Shown here piece by piece: positions 56,747 to 64,000 of a DNA stretch of 64,000 nucleotides; within the stretch, counting starts at the first letter, position 1, and each line of letters begins with the position of its first letter. A program made the translations under genes and the position numbers. The notes under the pieces were generated by a model that saw only the letters and a list, made by a program, of their open reading frames with translations, ran no database searches and was not told the origin of the DNA. This DNA is from Acidocella sp. GTDB lineage: Bacteria > Pseudomonadota > Alphaproteobacteria > Acetobacterales > Acetobacteraceae. The stretch covers positions 26 to 64,025 of the forward strand of contig DAIDEE010000005.1 in NCBI GenBank assembly GCA_027308685.1, written 5' to 3'.

Positions 56747-59518
56747 ATGAAGCGGCTTCCGGGTCAAGCCGGGCGGACCATCGGGTATTTTTTGCACCAT
56801 ACCGGCGTGCTGATGCTTGAAATATGCCTCGTGCTGGCGCTCGGCATGGGGGGGCTGGCGTACCGGCTGTCGGAGGGGCCGATTCAGATACCCTGGGTGA
56901 CCGCCAAGCTCGCCAATCTGGTGTCCGGCCAGGGGCTGGATATTCAGATCAAGCAGGCCGCCCTGGCGTGGGGCGGCTTCAAAAACGGCCCTGGCGTGCC
57001 GCTGTATTTTCAACTTGGTGACGTTACCGCCCGTAACGCTGCCGGGGTGACGCTGTTAACCATCCCCTCCGCCCGACTGGTATTTTTGCCCGCGGCACTG
57101 GTGGGGGCTGGGGCACCGATTGCGGTGACCAGCCAGGATGCGCTGCTCGCAGGGTCAAACGTGCCGGTTTCATTGCAGGCAAACATCACCCTGGGGTTTT
57201 TACGGGTTGCTGCGGCCGATTTGAATTTCAGCCTGGGGAGCGGTTTGCTAGGGGCGGGTGATATCACCTTTCCGATCAGTGGCGGCAGCTTTAATGCGGT
57301 GATTTCGCCGGGTCATGTGGTCGTGCAGCGCGGCAAAGTGGCATTGCTGCCGGTGGGTGGCAGCGCCCCGGTGGTTGGCTTCAGTGGCAGCGCCATACTG
57401 AAAAATTCCTGGGAGGCGCAGGTCAACGCCACAGTGGACCAGGTACAAGCGGCGCAACTGCCCAGCTACTGGCCGGCGGCGCTGGTGCCGATGACGCGCA
57501 CCTGGGTCACCCGCAATATCACCGCAGGGCTGGCCAAGGCTGCTGATTTTACTTTCGGTTTACGTGCGGCGGCGGATTTGACCAGCGTGAAGCTCACGCA
57601 GGCAAGCGGGCATTTTAACGGCGAGCATGTAACGGTGGGCTGGGTGCCGAAGGCCGCGCCGATTACCGGGGTGAACGGCGTTTTTACGCTGGTTGATATG
57701 AACGATATTCTGATCTCGGCCACTGCGGGTCAGTTAGGCGGCATCGCGCTCACGGGTGGTCAGATGAAAATCGGCGAGCTCATGCAGAAGGACCAGCCCG
57801 CCGAGGTGAGCGTGCCGGTGAGCGCGAGCGTGGCCGACACATTGGCGGTGTTGAATGCGCCGCCACTGAATTTGCTGAAAACCGCACCCCCGATATTGCT
57901 GCAGGCCAACGGGGCGGTAGTTGCCAATGTGACTGCGAATTTTCCGCTTAAAAACGATTTGAAACTCGACGAGGTTGATCTGCATGTGGCCGCTCATCTG
58001 ACCGGTGTGAGCCTGCCAACGCCCCTGGACGGCCTGGAATTCAAGCAGGGGGATATAGCACTGCAGGCTACCATCGCCGGCCTGCAAGCGAAGGGCACTG
58101 CGACGCTGGACGGGCAGGCCGCGAACATCACGGCGACCGCGGGGTTTGATTCCAAACAGCCGGCGATCAATTTCAGCCTGCAAACGACGGCCGGTAACAC
58201 CATGCTGCGCCGCTTCGGGCTGGAGTCCGGCAGCGGTGCAAAGCAGGGAATTACTGGGACGGTGCCGTTGAACGTGCTGATTGCACAGGACACCCACGGC
58301 AAGTCCACAATAAGCCTGAAAGCCGACTTAACCAATGCAGCACTGGGCGTGACGGCACTGAGCTGGTCAAAAAATTCCGGCAGTGCGGGGCGTCTCGATG
58401 TGGCGGCGCGGCTTGATGAACCGGCGGGTTTTACGATCCAAAAAATCTCAGCCCACGCGCCGGGGTTGGCGATTGAGGCTGTCAGTGATGGCGCTGCGCC
58501 AGGACGATTGGATATCAGCCAGTTACAAATTGGGGGCACTGTTGGCAGCGGGTATATTTTGGCACCAGAACGCAGCCAGGGCGCCTGGTTGATCGACCTG
58601 AGCGGGACAGCGCTGGATGTGACCGGCATTGTTAACCCGAGCGAGGTTCGTGGCGCGGATAAGGCTGCTACAGCCACGCCCGCCACCGCGACCGCCGCCG
58701 CCAAAGCCGCGCCGGCGAAAGCCGCCCCCCCGCGTGGGCCATTGTGGCGGGCAACGCTGAAGTTTGACCGGCTGGTGATGGCGGCACCGCCGGCGCCAGT
58801 ATTGGAGAATCTGATATTCACCGGCGATGGCCAGGGATATGCGCTGTTTGACGGGCAAGCCAGTGCGACCGGCGAGGCCAAGCAGGCCATGAAATTCAGT
58901 CTGATCCGAACCGCGGGTCCACCACATCTCGAAACGCTGCATGCCGAGACCGATGATGGTGGTTACCTGCTGCGCTGCCTGGATGAATACCAAAATCTAC
59001 AGGGTGGCGTTACCAGCATTGATGCCACCTATGATGACCAGACCGATTTGAACGGACAAATTACGATCCATAAATTCCGACTGCTCAAGGCGCCGATTTT
59101 GGGCAAAATTTTACAGGGACTCTCGCTGTACGGCATGCTGGAGGCCACTTCCGGCCCAGGCTTGGCCTTTGACCAACTGACCGCGCCGTTTGCAATCAGC
59201 AACGGGGTACTGACGCTCAAGAACGCCCGCGCGTTTTCCGACTCGCTGGGCCTGACGGCATCGGGCACCATTGGTTTGGATGATGGGACGATCGATTTGG
59301 ATACGACAGTGATCCCGGCTTATGCGCTGAATTCAGCGCCGGGTAAAATCCCGATCCTGGGTAAATTATTCAGCGCCGAGACTGGCGGCGGATTATTCGC
59401 CGTCAGCGCTACCCTGACCGGACAGCGGCGTGATCCATCCGTGACCGTGAACCCGTTATCGGCGCTCACGCCAGGGCTGCTGCGCAGCCTGTTCGGGCTT
59501 GGCAGCAGTAAGCCGTAA
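56747..59518 (+). CDS. AsmA-like/YhdP (DUF3971) protein
   Basis: N-terminal TM anchor, beta-rich body and AsmA_2 C-terminus (GLTASGTI...PAYALN...IPILG...GLFA). Confidence 0.82.
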   Translation: MKRLPGQAGRTIGYFLHHTGVLMLEICLVLALGMGGLAYRLSEGPIQIPWVTAKLANLVSGQGLDIQIKQAALAWGGFKNGPGVPLYFQLGDVTARNAAGVTLLTIPSARLVFLPAALVGAGAPIAVTSQDALLAGSNVPVSLQANITLGFLRVAAADLNFSLGSGLLGAGDITFPISGGSFNAVISPGHVVVQRGKVALLPVGGSAPVVGFSGSAILKNSWEAQVNATVDQVQAAQLPSYWPAALVPMTRTWVTRNITAGLAKAADFTFGLRAAADLTSVKLTQASGHFNGEHVTVGWVPKAAPITGVNGVFTLVDMNDILISATAGQLGGIALTGGQMKIGELMQKDQPAEVSVPVSASVADTLAVLNAPPLNLLKTAPPILLQANGAVVANVTANFPLKNDLKLDEVDLHVAAHLTGVSLPTPLDGLEFKQGDIALQATIAGLQAKGTATLDGQAANITATAGFDSKQPAINFSLQTTAGNTMLRRFGLESGSGAKQGITGTVPLNVLIAQDTHGKSTISLKADLTNAALGVTALSWSKNSGSAGRLDVAARLDEPAGFTIQKISAHAPGLAIEAVSDGAAPGRLDISQLQIGGTVGSGYILAPERSQGAWLIDLSGTALDVTGIVNPSEVRGADKAATATPATATAAAKAAPAKAAPPRGPLWRATLKFDRLVMAAPPAPVLENLIFTGDGQGYALFDGQASATGEAKQAMKFSLIRTAGPPHLETLHAETDDGGYLLRCLDEYQNLQGGVTSIDATYDDQTDLNGQITIHKFRLLKAPILGKILQGLSLYGMLEATSGPGLAFDQLTAPFAISNGVLTLKNARAFSDSLGLTASGTIGLDDGTIDLDTTVIPAYALNSAPGKIPILGKLFSAETGGGLFAVSATLTGQRRDPSVTVNPLSALTPGLLRSLFGLGSSKP

Positions 59519-59532
59519 AATGACCTTTTATT

Positions 59533-59554
59533 GCTGACGCTGCGATGCGTCAGC
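59533..59554. terminator. Hairpin between convergent yhdP-like and grpE genes
   Basis: GCTGACGC/GCGTCAGC inverted repeat. Confidence 0.5.
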
Positions 59555-59577
59555 GTCTGATGATCAAATTTCGAGGC

Positions 59578-60150
59578 CTACTGGTTGTTATACACCGAGT
59601 TTGACTCGGGGGCTTTAGCAACCACCACCATCGCCGGGCGCAATAACCTGCCATTCAGCATCCAGGTCTGGCTCCAGGCTTGCAGCACCGTGCCGGGCGG
59701 GTAGTTGGTGGTTGCTTGTTCGGCCATCGCCTGATGCATTTCAGGGTTGAAGTTGGAACCGGTGGGGTCGATTCGCAGGATACCGTTACGTTCCAGCAAC
59801 CCCACGAACGAACGTTCGATGCCTTCAAACCCATCACGGATTTTGGTAACGATTTCGGGTTCGCCGTAAGAGCGCGGCGGCAGGCTTTCGATGCCACGGC
59901 GCAGATTTTCGGCAGCTTCCACCACATCCTTGGCGAATTTCTGCACCGCGTAGGCGCGGCCATCTTCGATCTGGCGTTTGGTTCGCTGGCGCAGGTTGGC
60001 CTGCTCAGCCTCCGAGCGCATCCATTTATCCTTCATATCCTGCAACTCGGCTTCGAGCGCAGCGATGCGCTGGGCGGGGTCGAGCGAGGCGCTCACCTCG
60101 GCGTCAGAGGTTGTTTCGCTGGCAGTCATGTTATCTGGTTCTTCGATCAT
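59578..60150 (-). CDS. grpE: Nucleotide exchange factor GrpE
   Basis: AEQANLRQR, KFAKDVVEAAENL, FNPEMHQAM and LLRPAMVVV. Confidence 0.9.
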   Translation of the reverse strand: MIEEPDNMTASETTSDAEVSASLDPAQRIAALEAELQDMKDKWMRSEAEQANLRQRTKRQIEDGRAYAVQKFAKDVVEAAENLRRGIESLPPRSYGEPEIVTKIRDGFEGIERSFVGLLERNGILRIDPTGSNFNPEMHQAMAEQATTNYPPGTVLQAWSQTWMLNGRLLRPAMVVVAKAPESNSVYNNQ

Positions 60151-60206
60151 GCGTTAGAATTAAGCCAGCCTGACCGCCGAAACAAGAGTGAGCGCTGTGA
60201 TACAAG

Positions 60207-61118
60207 CTACACCTTGTGATGGCTCTGCCAAACATGCCAGCTTGCGGTGTTGTCGCGCGCCGTGATGACCTCGGCCGTGTGCAGGGCAGCCATGGCGCGG
60301 GTTAGCAAAACTTCAGGATCATCGGCGCTGCCTGGCCAGCGGGTGGCAAGGCCGAGTGAGAGCAGGCTTTGGCCCGGCGTGGCGGAGGGCAGGTATTTGC
60401 ACAGCCGGGTGGCGCGCTCGGCACCGGTGAGATGGTCCATGCCGTCGCACCATAACGCGATGACAACGGGGGTGATGCGTCCCAGCAGGTCGGTAGGGCG
60501 AATAATCTCGCGCATTTCCTCGGCAATGCTGATCGCGATGGGCGTGTGAAAAACTGCCTCTGCCTCGCCAAAGCCGAGCAGGATGAGAGTGCCGGGGCGG
60601 CCTTCAACATCCAGGCGGTCGAACCGGCGGGCGGCTTGCTCGGCAAAGCTGGCAAGCAGCCACAAGCCAGTATCAGGGCAGAGCAGCGCGGCAGAGGCGC
60701 TGCGCCGGGTTGCATCAGGCTGGGTGTTCGCCCCCGCCTCAAGATTGATCAACAGGCCTGTCACCGCCGTTTGGGTCAGGAGACGACCCGCCCGCAATGC
60801 CAAGGCCAGGCGATACGGGTGCGGCTCAGCATCGGCGCGGCGCAGCGTGAGTTGACCTTGCCACTGGCCGCCGGCGGCGGGGAGCCCGGCAATGATCCCG
60901 GCCAGGTACCCTGAAAACCCGAACAGCGAATCGATAGCGGTGCCAAGCAGTTGACGCGCCTCAAAGCCAAGAAACCGGGCGTCGCCAAAGGCGGTGAAAT
61001 TACCGCGCAGGTCTGTCTCGAACACCGCATCCGCCAGCCAGGCGGCGGAGGCCAGCCAAGGCGAGGAAGCAAAGCCGCGTTTCGTGACGGGACGCGGGAC
61101 GCGGTTTTGGGTTGCCAT
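60207..61118 (-). CDS. PAS-like plus degenerate GGDEF-domain protein
   Basis: VFETDLRGNF (PAS), CPDTGL, IRPTDLLGR-ITPVV in place of GGDEF, and SLGLA...LLTRAMAALHTA. Confidence 0.65.
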   Translation of the reverse strand: MATQNRVPRPVTKRGFASSPWLASAAWLADAVFETDLRGNFTAFGDARFLGFEARQLLGTAIDSLFGFSGYLAGIIAGLPAAGGQWQGQLTLRRADAEPHPYRLALALRAGRLLTQTAVTGLLINLEAGANTQPDATRRSASAALLCPDTGLWLLASFAEQAARRFDRLDVEGRPGTLILLGFGEAEAVFHTPIAISIAEEMREIIRPTDLLGRITPVVIALWCDGMDHLTGAERATRLCKYLPSATPGQSLLSLGLATRWPGSADDPEVLLTRAMAALHTAEVITARDNTASWHVWQSHHKV

Positions 61119-61243
61119 GCGCGAAGCTGTATGACGGATAGGTAAAGATGCGGTTACGCAGAGCCAGGCGGATTATTTGACAGGCCGGGTGGGGCTTGAG
61201 CATGGTCCGGCGCATTCGACGAAACAGCCTTAAGGATAGGTTT

Positions 61244-62089
61244 ATGAACAGCATCACCGCGCATTCGCCCTTGCAAACCGCTATTGAAACCGCCTGGGAA
61301 CGACGGACGGAACTGAGCCCCGCCACCAAGGGCGCCGACCGCGATGCCGTGGAGGCGGCTCTGGAAATGCTGGATGCCGGAACCGCGCGGGTGGCTGAGC
61401 CGGGGCCGGCCGGCTGGCAGGTTCATCAATGGTTGAAGCAGGCGGTGCTGCTGTCTTTCCGGCTGTATGCCAATGCGCCGTTGGAGGGCTCCCTGCCCGC
61501 CTATGATAAGGTGGCGCTGAAATTTGCCGGTTGGGATGAGGCACGCTTTGCCGCCGCCGGGGTGCGGGCGGTGCCGGGTGCGGTGGTGCGGCGCTCTGCC
61601 TTCATCGCGCCGGGCGTGGTGTTGATGCCGTGCTTTGTGAATGTCGGCGCGCGGGTGGGCGAAGGCACCATGATCGACACCTGGTCGACCGTTGGCTCCT
61701 GTGCGCAGGTGGGCAAGAATTGCCATATCAGCGGCGGCGTGGGGCTGGGCGGCGTGCTAGAGCCGTTGCAGGCGAACCCTGTGGTAATTGAGGATGACTG
61801 CTTTATCGGGGCGCGCTCTGAAGTGGCTGAGGGCGTGATTGTGGAGCGCGGCGCGGTGCTTTCGATGGGCGTGTTCCTGGGCGCCTCCACCAAAATTATC
61901 GACCGTGACACCGGCGAGATTATCTATGGCCGGGTGCCGGCCTATTCCGTGGTGGTGCCGGGCAGCCTGCCGGGCAAAGCATTGCCGGATGGCACGCCGG
62001 GGCCGAGCCTGAATTGCGCGGTGATCGTGAAGCGGGTGGACGCGCAGACCCGCAGCAAGACCTCGATCAATGAGTTGCTCCGCGCATGA
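61244..62089 (+). CDS. dapD: Tetrahydrodipicolinate N-succinyltransferase
   Basis: [27 protein letters not shown] and [13 protein letters not shown] 61244. Confidence 0.95.
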   Translation: MNSITAHSPLQTAIETAWERRTELSPATKGADRDAVEAALEMLDAGTARVAEPGPAGWQVHQWLKQAVLLSFRLYANAPLEGSLPAYDKVALKFAGWDEARFAAAGVRAVPGAVVRRSAFIAPGVVLMPCFVNVGARVGEGTMIDTWSTVGSCAQVGKNCHISGGVGLGGVLEPLQANPVVIEDDCFIGARSEVAEGVIVERGAVLSMGVFLGASTKIIDRDTGEIIYGRVPAYSVVVPGSLPGKALPDGTPGPSLNCAVIVKRVDAQTRSKTSINELLRA

Positions 62090-63192
62090 TTGACCCGCTA
62101 CCGCTGGCACAGGCGTTGTTGCGGTGTCCTTCCGTGACACCGCAGGATGCCGGAGCGCAAGCCTATCTGGCGGGGGAATTGGAAAGCTACGGGTTTAACG
62201 TGACCCGGCTGACATTTGGCGGAATTGAAAATCTCTATGCCGAACGCGGGACAATGGGGCCGCGCTTATGTTTCGCCGGGCATACCGATGTGGTGCCGCC
62301 GGGCAGCGGCGCGTGGCGGCATGACCCATTTGGCGGCGTGGTGGACAACGGCGTGCTGTACGGGCGCGGCGCTTGCGACATGAAGGGCGCGGTGGCGGCC
62401 TTCGTGACGGCGGCAGCGCAGGCTGACCAGCGCCAGCGGTTGTCATTCCTGATCACCGGCGATGAAGAAGGCGATGCGGTGGATGGCACCGTGCGGGTGC
62501 TCGACTGGATGCAGACCAACGATAAAATTCCGGATTTTTGTATTGTTGGAGAGCCGACCTGTAAAGTTAAGCTCGGTGACGTTGTTAAAATTGGCCGCCG
62601 CGGCAGTTTGAATGCCCGCATCACGTTAGCGGGCCGGCAGGGCCATGCGGCGTATCCGCATTTGGCGGATAACCCGATTCATAAATTGCTTCCTGCCCTG
62701 GCCGCAATGGCGGCGCACCGGCTGGATGCAGGCACCGAATGGTTTGAGCCTTCATCATTGCAGATCACGAGCGTGGATGTGGGCAATATCGCGAGCAATG
62801 TGATCCCGGCCCTGATGAGCGCGAAATTGAATATCCGCTTCAATGATCTGCATAACGCAGCCAGCCTGAGTGATTGGCTGACCGAGACGCTGGCCGCGTT
62901 TGCGCCGCAGGCGGATTTGCAAATTCATTGTTCTGGTGAAGCGTTTTTGACAGCGCCCGGACCTGCCGTTACGCAATTGGTAACTGCTATTACGAATGCC
63001 ACAGGTGTTGCGCCAAAGCTCGATACCGGCGGCGGAACATCGGACGCACGGTTTATTTCACGTTATTGTCCGGTGGCGGAGTTTGGGCTGGTGGGGACGA
63101 GCATGCATCAGGTGGATGAATGTGTGCCGGTGAGCGAACTACGGCAGTTGAGCGATATTTATTTGGCGATCATTGAAAGTTTTACCGCGTGA
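62086..63192 (+). CDS. dapE: Succinyl-diaminopimelate desuccinylase
   Basis: [35 protein letters not shown] and HQVDE. Confidence 0.94.
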   Translation: MIDPLPLAQALLRCPSVTPQDAGAQAYLAGELESYGFNVTRLTFGGIENLYAERGTMGPRLCFAGHTDVVPPGSGAWRHDPFGGVVDNGVLYGRGACDMKGAVAAFVTAAAQADQRQRLSFLITGDEEGDAVDGTVRVLDWMQTNDKIPDFCIVGEPTCKVKLGDVVKIGRRGSLNARITLAGRQGHAAYPHLADNPIHKLLPALAAMAAHRLDAGTEWFEPSSLQITSVDVGNIASNVIPALMSAKLNIRFNDLHNAASLSDWLTETLAAFAPQADLQIHCSGEAFLTAPGPAVTQLVTAITNATGVAPKLDTGGGTSDARFISRYCPVAEFGLVGTSMHQVDECVPVSELRQLSDIYLAIIESFTA

Positions 63193-63773
63193 CATCAGGC
63201 ACCAAAGTTTTACGCGGATTATTTTTACTGGCGCGCGGGCGGGCAACGGGGATGGCGGATTTTGCCAATACCAGCAACAGCCTGACCGCCTCGATGGCGC
63301 CGCTAATCGCGTTTCCGTTGGTGGGCGCGTTGCTGTTAGCCATAAAGGGCGATGTGACCGACGCCCTCGTTTCATTTACCGCGCAGCTTTGCGTGGCGCT
63401 GGCCCCCTCGTTGATCACCTATGAATTTGCTCGTGGCTGGGGCCGCGAAGATGTTTGGCTGCGAACCGCCAGCGCCTTGAACTGGTCGTTCTGGATCGTG
63501 CTGCCGTTGCTCATGCTGGCGGCGGTGCTCGGCGCGATGCTGGTGACGCTGGGGGTTCATGATAACATCGTCGAAGCGATTATGATTGCGGTGATGGGTG
63601 CCTATATCATGTGGCTGCATTGGTTCACCGTCCGCACCGGGCTGAACATCAGCATCTGGCAGGCGATATTGCTTGTGGTTGTCACGAACATCGTGATCGG
63701 TTTGCTCGCACTCGGGCCGGATTTGATCGACATGGCGATGGGCGGCAAAATGACCATATTCCTGCCTGGCTGA
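63189..63773 (+). CDS. Hypothetical multi-pass membrane protein
   Basis: GTG start overlaps the dapE stop, with about five hydrophobic segments. Confidence 0.7.
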   Translation: MTSGTKVLRGLFLLARGRATGMADFANTSNSLTASMAPLIAFPLVGALLLAIKGDVTDALVSFTAQLCVALAPSLITYEFARGWGREDVWLRTASALNWSFWIVLPLLMLAAVLGAMLVTLGVHDNIVEAIMIAVMGAYIMWLHWFTVRTGLNISIWQAILLVVVTNIVIGLLALGPDLIDMAMGGKMTIFLPG

Positions 63774-63776
63774 GAC

Positions 63777-64000
63777 TTACTCCGCCATCGCTGAGGCATC
63801 GGAGCGGGTGGCGCCGACGCGGGCCGCCAATGAGGCGGCCATGAAGGGGTCGAGGTTGCCGTCAAGCACTGCCGCCGGGTTGCCGGTTTCGTGCCCGGTG
63901 CGTAAATCCTTCACCAGCTGATACGGCGCCAGCACGTAAGAGCGGATTTGGTGGCCCCAGCCGATGTCGGTTTTAGCGGCTTCAATAGTGGCTGATGCCG
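63777..64000 (-). CDS. prfB: Peptide chain release factor 2, 3' end (truncated by window)
   Basis: Translates ...[50 protein letters not shown]...*. Confidence 0.95.
   Translation of the reverse strand, partial: ASATIEAAKTDIGWGHQIRSYVLAPYQLVKDLRTGHETGNPAAVLDGNLDPFMAASLAARVGATRSDASAMAE

Noticed and set aside
63777-64000. prfB programmed +1 frameshift site
   Set aside because: It would lie near the 5' end of prfB, outside this window, so it cannot be assessed

Overview
Chromosomal window of a GC-rich alphaproteobacterium, by inference an Acetobacteraceae member such as Acidocella or Acidiphilium. Most of it is core backbone: parE, tRNA-Phe/tRNA-Thr, dcd-murA-hisG-hisD-infA-maf-RNase E/G-yacG, dksA, a LIV-type ABC system, glnD-mutS, hldE, hslO, bcp-glnE, a YhdP-like gene, grpE, dapD-dapE and the 3' end of prfB. 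The main feature is an ~18.3 kb sugar-utilisation locus (27.5-45.8 kb), most likely for sucrose or related fructosides. It carries a LacI repressor, a TonB-dependent receptor, a dedicated TonB-ExbB-ExbD-ExbD-TPR cluster, glucokinase, and one tightly coupled operon of MFS symporter, signal-less GH68, fructokinase and zwf-pgl-edd-eda-pgi. Two identical perfect palindromes (TGCAATCGATTGCA) sit upstream of the two arms of the locus and are probable operators. Other observations: a maf gene whose conserved N-terminus has no canonical start codon, a motif-degenerate OtnK-like kinase coupled to GT2 and DedA genes, a palindromic repeat whose ends supply the stop codons of two convergent genes (partial second copy at the edge of the sugar locus), a DUF805 pseudogene beside a GDSL autotransporter, and a PAS plus degenerate GGDEF protein. 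All calls come from reading the sequence and from family motifs I recognise. No database searches were run.
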